Below are positions 49,701-63,300 of a DNA stretch of 64,000 nucleotides, piece after piece. Positions within the stretch are counted from its first letter, which is position 1; every line of letters starts with the position of its first letter. The DNA is from Marsupella aquatica (lineage: Eukaryota > Plantae > Marchantiophyta). A model generated the notes under the pieces. The model was not told the DNA's origin, searched no databases, and saw nothing but the letters and a program-made list of their open reading frames with translations. Position numbers and translations under genes: made by a program. Location: the NCBI GenBank assembly GCA_973895155.1, contig OZ316896.1, forward strand, positions 6,624,166-6,688,165, given 5' to 3'.

Positions 49701-50735
49701 GATAATTTGATATTCTGCGCGGGTGGGAGCTTCATCCCTGGAAGGTGGAGTGTGGCTGACACTCTCCGTTGCATGCGGGGATTCTTTGACTTATCTGACC
49801 ATCTGCTAGCTGAGACAATCAAGACTTTCGGTTGCTTGGGGATCCGTCAAATCTGTGATTTCTGGTCAGTGGCTGAGGTGGGGTGGATCCCTTTGACCAA
49901 CAGGATTGAACGCCTGAGGAATCTGTCGGCAGAAGGACGTATTGCCTGCCTTTCATTCATCGATGCCATCAAGAGCACTGTCTATAGTGGCTGCACTATT
50001 GAGACCCGGGCTACAGAGTGGAGATGGACCGACCAGAACCTGAAGCTGAGGCACTTCTGACTTCCTAACCTTCGTGCATATGAGATGATTCGGCCTAAGG
50101 GATCGGATTATGACAGGTTGAACCGAATCTGGGGTAAGACTTACTCTGAATCAGAATGGAGCGACTTATGGAAAACGTTGTGGTCATCTGACCTTTCAAC
50201 TCATGCAAAAATCTTTCTCTGGCGTATCCCAGCTCAAGGGCTCTTCTCTGGCTCTAGAGCCGTGAGAATTGGGAAATCTTCTGGCTGCTGTTCTCTCTGC
50301 CGTGGAATCTTGGAAACTATTCCTCATATATTTGCGATTTGTAGACATGCTGCCAGATGCTGGCCCCTTGTTCATAGATGGATGAACGGTCTCCTTTGCA
50401 AGCAGGAGCTGGACCTGGTGGGACTGTTACTGTCTACTAGGAGAAGAACTCCTCTATTTACACTTCGCTTTTGTGCTCTCTATCAAGTGTTGTGGAATCT
50501 CTGGCTGGCAAGAAATATTCAGACATTTGATTTGACACGGAAGAGAAGCTTTAACCAAGTTCTGGTTATCTCTGAGACGCTTGACCATCTCACTGCGGTT
50601 GCTGCTGCTTCTGGCCCTTCACGGAGGCTACTCCGTCTTTCTGGTGCTAAAGAACTCCTGGTACACAAACGTCATAGGATTATGAGGATTAGAATTGTAG
50701 GTGTTGAGTCACATAGTGATGAGGTATTGGTTTAG
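46790..50735 (+). pseudogene. L1 ORF2 (endonuclease-RT-zf-RVT), multiple stops and frameshifts
   Basis: SWNVCGL, GDFN, SDHD, KAPGVDG, WRPLTML, GCPLSP, FVDD, CSLC..ETIPHIFAIC. Confidence 0.92.
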
Positions 50736-52460
50736 TTGGGAGTGATCCATGCTGGACTTCTCTCTCACTGGTGCTGCTGACCGGTACGTATATATTGGGT
50801 GTTGTGTGCTCTCCTGATATGTCTCGGGTGAGGCACTTGTTTTTGCTACGCTCCTGTTTGCCTTGGACTTGTGGCATTTGGTGGGGTCGAGATTCTTCCT
50901 TGTTCCTGCTGACCTCTCTTTGTTTTTACGCCCTTTGTGGCTCTTTTGCCTTTTGGCCTGCGGGGTCCCCCCATCCGTGGGGTTCACGCGGAATAAATGA
51001 ATAAATAAAAATAAAAATAGGACATCTAAGATTTTGGGGAAAAATTTATATAGATAATATATAGATTTAGTCCTAGAAGGTACCTATGTGTGTAGAGAGA
51101 GAGATAAGTGTATGTCAAAACACCCATTCAAGGCCCCAATCAAGGTAGGGCTAATATATGATCCATACGAACCATAGGCTCCACAGTGTAAGGGTAATAT
51201 TGGGCGATACGCAGACATACACCCTGATCATTCAAGGCATTATATTCACATACAGAGTTAAACCTGATCACAAATGCAACTGGAGCGTTGGTTGGTCCAA
51301 TGATGTCACACATGCTATTTGTCTACAGTGTTCATCTGACATGTTCAGTTGCCTACATGACAAAAGTAGAGTCCATTTTTGTTGGTGCAGAATCATTTAA
51401 CTATTGTTTATTGAGTTGATACGGCATGTAAGTAATACTTTACATATCCATGACAAGACAAAGCATTGGGTCCACACATCCTTATTGACTTCTCATTTAA
51501 ATAGTTTTGTATGTTGTGAGTTCCCTGAATAGCGGATTGGAGTCCTTATCATACCACAACAGAAGTTTCTGTTAGTCATTAGTACAGTAGCGCTACTTTA
51601 ATCTATGCTATATTTCTCAGAGCACATTTACATGGCTTAGATGTAAAATCAATGCGGTACATCAGCACTGTGATTCAAACAGCATGAAGTAGACCATTAT
51701 CCAGGGTAAAAGTATGGTTGAAATCGGGCCATACTACATCCTCAAAGTCGTCATTCAGCCCCCATCCTTGAGGTGAATCATGTGCTTCAACACTGATTCC
51801 AGTTACATGTTTCTGCTGCCATTAGCCGCGGCGGCAAAGGGGAGACATGCATTTATCCTGGGCTAGCATTGATCCAGACTAAAGCTAAGCATATAATGAG
51901 TTGAGAAATGGAATCATTGGTGAAGAGCACATACCTGTGGAGCCCGTGCCATAGTGCTCTGTTCTGTGACTGTTGGTGTAGTAGAAGGAGCGGTGTCACC
52001 CTCTCACTGAGCTTTGTGTGTGTTCTCTGACTGATTTTGTGCGGTCCCGCCACAGCACTTGACAGAAAGCAGTGTCCCACGAAGTCGAGCAGCATGTGAA
52101 GGGGGAATATATTGCCAGACTATGGAGAGGTTGGTAGCATAATGAGATCAAGAACCAGAGCAGAAGCGGGAGAATAGTGGAGGCAAAAGATCCTCTAGTA
52201 GAGACAGAGTGTACAGGTGTGGAGCACAGCATATAGGCTGGTACTAGGGAGACTAAAAAAGCGCTGCTTTTTAGGGTAGCCGTCAGAATGGTGGCTGTTT
52301 GTTAGGTTATGTTGTTGTATACAATAGCTCATTCAATACAGTATATGTGTTGTATATCTGGGGTATTACGTATACCATGTATTATATATATTAAAACACA
52401 ATATATGAATATCATATTCTTTTCTAACATCCTTTCACCTATGTCCGGTCTATACGAGAC

Positions 52461-52463
<3 letters not shown>

Positions 52464-52505
<42 letters not shown>
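52464..52505. repeat. (GA)n microsatellite
   Basis: Read directly. Confidence 0.95.
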
Positions 52506-52509
<4 letters not shown>

Positions 52510-53036
52510 TTTACTGATCCTAGAAAGATACCTCTTGTAAATCCAACCTCTAACTTGTGTCACAAGCATTGTTTAGTCTGCCTTCTCACAAAGATCTATC
52601 TTAGCAATTCACAAGCATTGTTCAGTCTGCCTTCTCAACAAAGATCTATCATAGCAATTGATAGAGAACCAAGAAAAGGTTTGGAACATCATTGATGACT
52701 CTTTAGGTCTTCCTTTGCTAAACAACTATTTATGTTAACAATGGATAGAGAACCAAGAAAATGTCCGGAGGATCATTGAGTATTCTTTTAGGTATTTATC
52801 TTAGCAATTGATAGAGAACCAAGAAAATGTCACCGACGTCATTGAGTATTCTTTAGGTCTTTGTTTTGATAAAGTGTACATTGGTACCATATTGAACAAT
52901 TTCTTTTGATTACTCTTTTTTTGGCATTTCATATTTTTTCAATCCCATCTGCTTTTGCTTTCATTGTCCCAGAGCTTACCATTACTACTGAGCAACATTG
53001 CACCCTTTTTCTTATTTCCATTTTTATGGTCCACGA

Positions 53037-54030
53037 CTAAATAGCAGCATTGTACCGTTTGTTTATGGTTCATTACCCAAAGCAGTATCATTTAAGATGC
53101 AGTATCATTTAAGGTGCAGGAGCTTATCATGCATTATTCAGCAAGATTAAATAGCAGCATTGTACCGTTTGTTTATGGTTCATTACCATTGAGCAGTATC
53201 ATTTAAGATGCAGTATCATTTAAGGTGCAGGAGCTTATCATGCATTATTCAGCAAGATTATGCAGTATGGTGAATGCAAGTAGTCTTCTCCCCTGAATGC
53301 AAGTAGTCTTCTCTCCTGAACGTAATAATACTGAATAACACCGCACCTTAAATATTATTTAGCAAGATTACATTCAGGGGAGAAGATTACTTGCATTCAC
53401 CATGTACAAGAATTTTCTCTACCCAAGAAGAATCATTTCATGAAGAGACATAAACAATCACTTTGTGAAGAGTCTTTTCTCCTGAACGTACAAGTAGTCT
53501 TCTCTCTTGAATGCAAATAGTTTTCTCTCCTGAACATAATAATGTTGAATAACACCAAGTATTCTTTTCCCCTAATGCAATTAATTTTCTCTCCTGAACG
53601 TAATAAAATGCTGAATAACACCAAGTAGTTTTCTCCCCTGAATGCAAGTAATTTTCTCTCCTGAACGTAATAATGCTGAATAACACCAAGTAGTCTTCTC
53701 CCCTGAATGCAAGTAGTCTTCTCTCCTGAACATAATAATGCTGAATAACACCACACTTTAAATGATATTTAGCAAGACACTTTAAATGTTATTTAGCAAG
53801 ATTAATAATGCTGAATAACACCGCACTTTAAATGTTATTTAGCAAGATTAATAATGCTGAATAACACCGCACTTTAAATGTTATTTAGCAAGATTACATT
53901 CAGGGGAGAAGACTACTTGTATTCACCATGTACAAGAATTTTCTCTACCCAAGAAGAATCATTTCATGAAGAGACATAAACAATCACTTTGTGAAGAGTT
54001 CATCCTACATCTTACAAGTTTTTGGCAGAG
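53037..54030. repeat. Complex tandem and inverted repeat array, partly built from LINE sequence
   Basis: A ~110-bp unit occurs twice (53037-53260). It is followed by many gcaagtagtcttctc(c/t)cctgaa and taataatgctgaataacacc units, plus two reverse-orientation copies (cattcaggggagaaga.tacttg.attcaccatgtacaag) matching 30730-30870. Confidence 0.8.
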
Positions 54031-54879
54031 GATGTGATACGCAGCGACTTGGTAAACTACGCCAGACAGATTCTTGGATAGTAGAAGCCGTGGAAATTTT
54101 GGTGATGGTGCATGTAACAACAAAATTGGGTTACACCTACTTTGTCATCACATAAGACTTTGTAATGGAAGAAGTAGCAAATACAAATATATTTACTCCA
54201 ATGACTCTTCGTCTGATGCTCATCCCACGACCATACTGCTTGGTCAGCTGATTAATGTAACCATTGCTATAGGAGATCTCATCCTCAAATCCACTTCAGT
54301 AAGGTCCCATTGAACAAAAATGCCACAGAAAGCAGTGGCAAGAATAATTGCAACCTTTTCCAGAGCTCCATGACATTCTCTGTGAGCCATATCAATCTTA
54401 AAATGTGAAGACATGTGATGATATCAAATCAGGTGCAGGCTCGCCCTTGCCTACAGAACAGGCTAAAGCTAATTGTGGTAGTGTGAGGTAGCTACACTGC
54501 CAGTAAATGAAACAATCACTTTATGGGGTACTATGACCCACAACCTTCCTCTATAGTAATCTGACTTTGAAGTGACATAAATACTGAAGTTTCCTGCGGA
54601 ACCCAAGATACTGGATAAGAACGACTGGAAACTGCAGGCCAACTCGCTAAATGTGCAGCTACTGCAATGGACAAAAATGATACGTCGGCACGTCAGACCT
54701 CAGACGCAATGTCTTGTGCGATGAACCCTCGTTGAAGGAGGGGAGCTCCAAAAAGCGCACTGGAGTTAAAAGGAACAACTACAGACTAGTGTATTCATGC
54801 AAACACGGGGAGATTCCTCTTTGCCACAATTTATACAAGATGCACCGGTTAGAGTACAAACAAAAGGAGGGCGAGAGAA

Positions 54880-57800
54880 CTACAAAGAAGGCTTCTCCAT
54901 CCACCGAAGTCTGCACCCACGAGCTTCACTTATTTGCCTCATCTCTGGAGGTATCTGTGTTCGCAAAGCAGTCAACAACTTCACCTTCTTTAAGCTCCCA
55001 CAGTTGAAAACAGCTTCTTGTATACCCTCTGCCGTGACCTTGATGAGGTGTAACAACTTCATGTTTTGCATGCAGCTTAGCCTGGCAATGGCCAAGAGGC
55101 CGACATCTGTAATCGGGCAGCAAGATAGATTCACCTGGACATGGCAACCTCAAGTTAACACAACATACTTTGTGAAACCCCAAAAAATGAAGCTGCAGTT
55201 CAACAAAGCTACATATACAGGGAACATACAAGCGTAGAGATGAAGCACAGCACACTACCAAAATAGGCCAAGAATAAGAAGTTATAGCACATTTCACAAT
55301 TAAACGCACCGTACCTGTCTTAAATTTCGACATCCTGCAGCTATAGCTGACAATCCTGAATCATCAATAGCAGTACAGCTTTTGACATCGAGCTCCACCA
55401 AGCGTCTACACCCAGCACCGACATATGATAAACCCAATGAAGTTACTAGTTGACATGCCCTTATTTCTAAATGCGTCAGGTGTCGCAGTTGGGATATAGA
55501 GAGCAAGCCGGCGTCAGTGATTCTTGAGCAGTACGACAGGTTTAGAACTCTCAAACGGGGACAACCGTGGGCAACTGCTGCAGCAGAAGAATCGCCTATT
55601 GCAGTAGACCTGTCACCGATGCAACGAACAAGCGATTCAGGCCAGCAGTCAAAGGTTTCTGTAAAGCAGTAGAGGAGGCGTTTAGATTCCTCCAGAGATG
55701 GGTCAATGTAACGAATCCTGTAAGCTTCATTCTTTGATGACTCAAAATGAAGTTGGTACAATAATCCCCAACTGGGATAGACTCCTCTCTACCAAGCAAA
55801 CACACCTGTAAAGGTCTATTTCTCGTAGGTTGGAGCAACTGGCAGCGATGTAAGCAATACCCTGGTCTGAAATATTTAGACAGATTCCCAACTTTAATGT
55901 CCTTAACGCTGTGCATCTAGAGAGCCACTTCAAACCTGCACGAACGACGTAAAGGAGAACAGGTCGATCAGTCCGGCTCAGTAAGTTCAAAAGAACATTG
56001 CAATTAGGTACAATACAAACACGAAGCATTCGGTGAGATCGAGGACAGCATGAATCCAAGTCTAAGACAACAACGTATCGAGAAGCGAATCTAAGGCAAC
56101 AACGTCAACTCCCATTCCGAACGATTACCTTCATCATCAAGGTGAGATCGAGGACAGCATGAATCCAAGTCTAAGAAAACAACGTATCGAGAAGAGAATC
56201 TAAGACAACAACGTCAACTCCCATTCCGAACGCTTACCTTCATCATCAATGCTTCTACAATCCGTAAGGTCCAAAGCTTCCAAACGTGTGCATCCACTTC
56301 CTAAGTAGGAAAGTCCCAAGTGCGTAATCAGCCCACAAGATTCCATCTTAAGACTAAGAAGCCCTCGGCACGATTTTGCAATCGAGGTCAATGTTAAGTC
56401 TGTCAGCTCTCGACAACAGGTTAGATCAATTTCATCCAAACCGCGGCATCCCTCCACAACTGCCTGAATTCGCTCATCTGTGACTCCAGAGCACTTACTG
56501 ACGCTAAATACTTTGAGCGACTTGCAACCTTTGCCAATAAATGCTAGTTCGGTGCCTTCAATGTGACACCCATCCAGCCTGATGACCTGCAGGGAGTCGA
56601 ACTTCTCCAGACTAGCGAGTAAGCCATTTGTAATCTGTGAGACAAACATAATTTGACACAAGTCTAGTCAAATTACTCCACAACCAGATCCAAGTAGTGG
56701 AAACAGGTACATTAAGGCAGAGCCATGAGACTGACAATCACTCCAAGTTAAACATCAACTCCTCGACAACCATTGTCGTGGCTTGGAAGCAAAGCACGCA
56801 TTGCCGTGAATTACTTCGGAAAACATAAGTCTTACCGGTAAGCAATACGAGAGAGTAAGCTGCTGCAGGGATACCCGGCCACTTGCCAAAGCTCGAATGC
56901 CCTGCCCACTTACATTGTGGCATCGAGCTACATCGAGCACCTATAGTGATTTAAACGACTCGCAAGGTTAGCACCCTTGTAACCCAACTAGCCACAAGGT
57001 GGTTGAGTCCTAGTCATGAGGAGGATCGACATCATGAAGACAAGAACACCAACAAAGTTCAGTAAGCATCTCAGAGAGACTCCGCAGATACAGAAGTCGC
57101 CTATGACACACCTCTCTCAAGGGTTCGGAGTGACCGAAGGTATGAGAAGTCAAAGAACGTACTCCGAAATAGATGAACAACTAGGGAAGGAAATGACAGC
57201 CCTCAAGGAAACACACAGATTTCATTCCATTGTTTCCACGGAAGAAATAAGAAAGGTCACTCACGTACAATACAGGCAAAGTACACAGAGCAGAAAGTAC
57301 TCTTACCCGCAAGGAGGCCCGGCATTTCTTCAGACATTCTAGGCAAGCATCATCGACGCTGTTACATGCCACCAGAAGAAGATTCTTCAGAGATTCAAGT
57401 TCGGTTATGGATTCGAGGCCTTTCGCCGTAACCTGTAGATATTCAGAATTGGACAGATCTCATCAGCACTCAAACTCCATATCTCTTACAGAGACATCAC
57501 CTAGCTCCCTCTCCGCGCTGGAAGCTATCAAAAGATATTCATCGCCAAAGCTATCACTTTCCGGACTTCGAGTTTTGTTTAGGACAAATCGACATGGAAC
57601 TCAGATCTGATGAAGGACTAGCATGCCAGATCAATCGTAGAGAGGAAACGAGACCCTCATACCTCCGTGTAAGACAAGTCCACAGTTTCGAGCTGCGTGC
57701 AATTCATCGAGAGTAAAGAGATACCCATATCAGTGACTCCTAGACACCATCTCAAGCTCAGATGGCGGAGGGCTTTGCAGCCAGCAGCAATGGCTCCCAA

Positions 57801-58298
57801 ACCGGCGTCGGTAATATTCCGACAATTCTCTAGCTTGAGAACCTCCAGATTCTTCAACAGTGCGGCGGCCACTATCCCATTATCCGTGATATAGGAACAG
57901 TAACTTAGATCCAACTCTCGCAACGAAGGGCACTTGCTCAAAAGCCTCACTAGACCGACGTCAGAGAACTGGCTGATCTTCGCTAGACTAATACTCGTCA
58001 GACGATGACCTGCAACGTTCCCGACTAAGTCAAGGGCATCGTCGCTGACCTCCAAGCAAGATGACAAGTCTATACTCTCCACTTCCGTATATCGACGCAA
58101 GATCTCTTCTAGAGCGTCCACACGCAGAAGCTTCACAGATTTTCTTGACCTAGCTTCCATCTGTAGAAAACGTCTGCATACTAGGCACCACGCCTGTCGG
58201 TCCGCTATGTCGTGAATTTTATCCAGAATATTGAGCAAAAGGTTCTCATCCAGCAGCCCGAACCCCCGATCGTCTATAGCTAGTCTCCGCTTGCTCAT
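54880..58298 (-). CDS. F-box/LRR-repeat protein, FBL3 (At5g01720/RAE1)-like, ~647 aa; exons 58298-57663, 57432-57307, 56940-56836, 56634-56238, 55935-55806, 55609-55315, 55134-54880
   Basis: N-terminal F-box (LDENLLLNILDKI...WCLVCRRF) and many Cys-containing LRRs (LxxLxLxxCxxITDxG). All six introns are GT-AG and phase-consistent, giving 1944 nt with no internal stop seen. Confidence 0.92.
56032..56249. repeat. 109-bp tandem duplication spanning the exon 4 splice donor of the F-box gene
   Basis: 56032-56140 and 56141-56249 are near-identical. Confidence 0.9.
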
Positions 58299-59820
58299 AG
58301 TGAGAGGCCACAGCTGTTCCAACCCAGGCTCGGACAAACTAAAAGTTCGAAAGACAGAGAACGAGAGCCACCGGAACAGCAGACGCCGAACAGAACTCCA
58401 ATCTAAGTGGATACAGCAGTGAACATGTGCCAAAATTCTTTCTAGGCCTTCGGCAAACCGGGAAGGAGCCGCTCGCAATTGCCGACCATCAGAACCTATG
58501 TCAGCAAGGGGCAAGGACCGGCGGAAATCTCTTCGCGCACTGAAGCCTACTTACTACATAGACACTGCGATGGAGAGAGATCCTTTACACGAAAAGCTTC
58601 CACTCTGGCAAGCAAGAAATGTACCACCAACATGGAACCACACAGAGCGATGAAGAAATGGAGAAATCAGATTGGGAGGGACGATGGCAGAGAACTTTCA
58701 CAAGTAACAAAAGTGTTCTTCCACTACAGCATTACAATACCTCCGGTTACAGCGATCCACTCAATCTTCACGCGTTCAATAATTGAGCAGGTCAATACCT
58801 CGGAGGCCAACTACCAGCACGAAGAGAGCCGCCTTCGTACATCCAATGGTAGTCAATTGGCTGCCGCTCTTTTGCTCACAATGAGCCGCGAGCGATTCGG
58901 CTCTCGGTGGAGTGCATCCACCGTCGTCATAGAGGTTCGGCTCGCTGGGTTGCATCCACCGTCCTCAGCTTCTTGACTCACTTTCCAGTTCCCACCGTTC
59001 ACATCCTTCCCCCCTCGCATCCTTCCCCCCTCACATCCTTTCCCCCTCGCAGTGGCGTTGTGGTAAAAGGTTTCTCCACTCGGCCCTTCCCGAGTACCGC
59101 CTTCCTTATTTGATTCCGATAGAAGCTCAAAAATGGTCTCGTTTAGTGGACTCAAGGATCATGGACTTCTGGACGGTTGGCGACAGCAGCCTCCTCGGCC
59201 TCGTGTGTGTCTCCCTGCGGGTCTGTGTCTGCCTGAGTGCCACTAGTCTCACCCAAACAAACCGGGTGTTTGTAGACTTTGTCGAGTTTGCGCTTTCTAA
59301 CTATTGAACCAGACCAAGTACGGTAGTACCTCTCGTATCCATTTCGTAAATACTTAGGCCAGGTTCCATGGGCTGGGATTGGGGAGTGCACATGTATATC
59401 AGCATGTCTGAGTATATATTTTAAACTGCCCAAAAAACAAGGGGTGCCCAACCGGGAGACACTATCCGTCAGGCAAAAGACCCAATCAAGGGGGACAACC
59501 AAAGGGCCAAGAAAGGCCCGGAAACAAAGAAACAAAAGAGCAACCAAAGACCTAAAAGCTAGAAGCCCAAGCAAAGTGAAGAGTTTGGTAAAGCTCCAAA
59601 GTAAACTGTATAGGAGGGTCAAGTGAATCCTACTAGAGGCCCTCATACCAACAGCCTCACCCCTACAAAAAATAGTGAACATTTGTGCCCGCTGAAGTGC
59701 AACAGACACCCTTGTCTAGAAAATGCCATGATGACAGACATTGGGGGATAAGACCTCCGCTCGCCGTACTGAATTGTACAAGAACATAGGAAACGGTCAA
59801 AGGATGGGTGTGGCCCCCCA

Positions 59821-60163
59821 TGTTGAGCATAGACGACATTCGCAACGGCAAGCCCATGAACCATCCAACGCACAATAGTCGACACAGAGAGATACGTGGT
59901 TCACCTCCACATGAGGCTATGTCCACGGGAACACAAGAGCTTTATTGCACTCTAGGCCGACCGGCCATACCAAGCATCCACAGCACAAGCTCTCCCTATT
60001 TCTCAACTAGCTCCGTAACAATGAGCCTAAGTTCCACAGGGTCTGGCATCAGCCCTGGCTATATACACAACAGCACAACCGCTAATATTAGCTAAGTCCT
60101 AACCAAAGTTAGACTAACTGTAGTTAGCTCATGAGTCAACAAGACTAAGAGCAATACCTAACA
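59821..60163 (-). mobile_element. 3' LTR of the Ty1/copia element
   Basis: TG...CA ends, adjacent PPT (AAGGGGGAGTT on the minus strand, 60174-60164), and a match to the solo LTR at 26772. Confidence 0.9.
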
Positions 60164-60385
60164 AACTCCCCCTTGACTCTTGTCATGGGGACTGGACTAA
60201 ATGCTACCATATGGAATCCTCAGCGGGAAGTTCTAGACAATCACCAAACCAGGTCTCCCCCTAAAAACCACAAGGGTTAACTAAGGGTTAACTAGAACTA
60301 AGCCGTAGCCAAACTAGAATGAGTAATCCATATACAAATAGTCACACATTGCTAAATAACTCTACTTGCATTACAACTGTAAAAC

Positions 60386-63300
60386 CTACAAAGTAGCACG
60401 GTGTCTTGAGAAACTCTCCAAATGAATCACTTTGGTAAAAGCATTAGCGGGATTGAACTTTCCATCAATCTTGACTAGCTCAAAAGTTTTATCAGACACT
60501 GCTTGCCTGATAAAATGGTACATGATATCAATGTGCTTCACCCTACTATCCATCACCTGGTTAGCAGCCAAGTGAAGAGCACTTTGACTATCACAGTTTA
60601 GAGTCATTTTGCCATGCTCTAAACCATCTCCGTGATCAAGCTATCCAACCAAATTGCTTCCTTTTGCTGCTTCTACTACTGCAACATACTCTGCTTCTAT
60701 AGTAGACTGAGATATACACTTCTGCAAGGTAGATTTCCAACTGATACATCCTCCTCCAAGAGTAAATACAAACCCAGTTGTAGACCTCCTTGTGTCCAAA
60801 CAGTCTCCATAGTCAGAATCTACATAGCCAACTAACGTTCTATCTGATCTGGCATCAAATAGTAATCCATAGTCCTGTGTTCCCTTCAGATACCTGAGAA
60901 TCCACTTCACAGCTTCCCAATGTACCTTTCCTGGATTTGACATGAATCTACTAACCTTGCCCATCGCTAGGGCCAAGTCAGACCTAGTACAAGTCATCAA
61001 ATACATCAGACTACCTACTGCCTTCTCGTAAGGAATCTTAGTCATCAGACCTTTCTCCACAGCATCCGTAGGAGAGAAAGTCGATAATAACTTGAAATGT
61101 GAAGCTAAAAAAATACTCACTGGCTTACAGTTTTCCATGTTGAATCGTGCAAGTACTTTCCTCGCATACTGGCCTTGACTCAAGCACAACTGTCCAGTTT
61201 TAGAGTTCCTAAAAATCTCCATCCCTACAATCCTCTTGGCCTTACCAAGATCCTTCATCCTAAATTCAACACTCAATTTTGCCTTGAGACTGTCAACCTT
61301 AGATTGATCTTTAGCCATAATCAGCATGTCATCCACATAGATCACCAAGATGATGAAACCAAACATATCATTATTGACTGATTTTGTATACACACAAGGA
61401 TCATATACCATCCTTGTAAATCCTTGAGCAAGCATGAAATCATCAAACCGCTTGTTCCACTGTTTAGGAGATTGCTTCAATCCATACAAGGACTTGAGCA
61501 ATCTGCAAACTAAGTTCTCTTGTCCCTTCTTCATAAAGCCTAGTGGCTATCTCATGAAGATCAACTCTTCCAAGTTGCCATAGAGAAAAGCAGTAACAAC
61601 ATCCATGTGATCCATCACCAGACCAAAAAACACAATAAGCTGACACAAGATCTGAATAGTGGAATACTTAGCCACCGGTAAAAAGACCTCATTGTAGTCC
61701 ACTCCTTTCTCCTGAGTGAACCCCTTGGCAACAAGCCTTGCCTTGTAGATCTTATCTCCACCCTCTAAAGGACTGTCCTTCAACTTGTAAATCCACTTGC
61801 TGTCCATCACTTGCTGACCGCTTGGAAGCTCCACCAACTCCCATGTCTTGTTGGCACTCAAAGATTGCAACTCCCTCTGCATTGCTGCATTCCACTCATG
61901 CTTCTGTTCTGAAGCACAAGCCTCATTGTACGAAGAAGGCTCTCCTTCTTCCAAGATCAAAGCCATATCATCTTCATCAGGTGCAATGTCAATATCATCT
62001 AGCTTAGATGAGTCTGCCCATTGACCATACCTGGTAGGAGCTCTAGTAGAACGATTGGAAGTTCTTCTAGTAGATGACTCATGCTGATCTGCTGCTGCTG
62101 CTGGCTGAATTTGAGGCACCCCAGCAACAATCTGCTCCTCTTGTTCCATCACAAGAACTAGCTCCAAGCCCGGAGCTTCTCCATCTCTCCTGTCATGAAC
62201 AACATCATGACTAATCTCCCCCTCAACCCGGTCTGGGATGGGAGATTTCCCCTTGTCAGTATGGGAGTCCTGAGAACTCTCCCCCTCCTTTGATGATCTG
62301 GATTCATTAAAGGACACATCTCTACTGACAATTAACTTACAGGTTACTGGATCCCATAACCTATAACCCTTCACACCTTTCTGATAGCCAAGGAAAATGC
62401 ACTTCTTTGACTTGGACTCCAGCTTGGATCGAAGTTGGGAAGGTGTAAGCACATAAGCATCACATCCAAAAATCCTCAGATGTGAGTAATCTGCTAGACG
62501 TTCGTACCTCATTTCAAATGGCATCTTGAATCCAATAGAACTGGATGGAGGAAATTTTACCAAATAAGCTGTAGTGTTGACAGCTTCAGCCCAAAACTCA
62601 TGTGGTAAGCATGATTGACTCAACATACTCCTCGAGCGGTCCAATAGTGTTCGGTTGAGTCTCTCATAAATACCATTTTGCTGAGGAGTATAACTTGTTG
62701 TGAGATGGCGGGTAATCCCCTACTCCTTACAATATGTTCCAAATTCTCGAGAACTATATTCACCGCCGTTATCCGATCGAAGATATCTCACCTTGTTACT
62801 AGTTTGATTCTCAACTTGGGCTTTCCACTCCTTAAAAGTGGCAAAAACATCAGACTTATTGTGTAGAAAGTATATCCATACATACCTTGAGTAATCGTCT
62901 ATGAACGTGACATAGTATAACCATCCAGAATGTGAGGGAGTAGGGGCTGGACCCCACACATCACTATATACATACTCAAGTACCTCCTTGCTAGTGTGAG
63001 TTCCAACTCCGAAGGGTTTCCTGTGCTGCTTCCCTAGCACACAGTGCTCACAAAGCTCTAACTTACAAGATTGCAAATTAGAAAGTTTTTCTGAAGAATA
63101 ACCAAACCTTTTTCACTCATGTGGCCCAAACGGAAGTGCCACAGCCGGACCGTCTCCTCATGAGATAAGGTTACATTAGCTTCATCACAAACTACACTGC
63201 CCTCCAAAACGTATAGATTGCTATGTCTCTTTCCCTTCAATACAACTTTAGTACCAACTGAAACCTTAAGAACACCATTAGCAGAACTCCATTGATGGCC

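Larger units (their letters stand above)
43963..51020 (+). mobile_element. Full-length degenerate L1-clade LINE (copy 2)
   Basis: TSD GACATCTAAG at 43953-43962 and 51021-51030, A-rich tail at ~50992-51019, and ORF1/ORF2 paralogous to copy 1. Confidence 0.92.

Noticed and set aside
58479-59820. ORFs upstream of the F-box gene, including a hydrophobic 185-aa ORF
   Set aside because: Likely 5' UTR/promoter and decayed repeat; no family signature or splice support.
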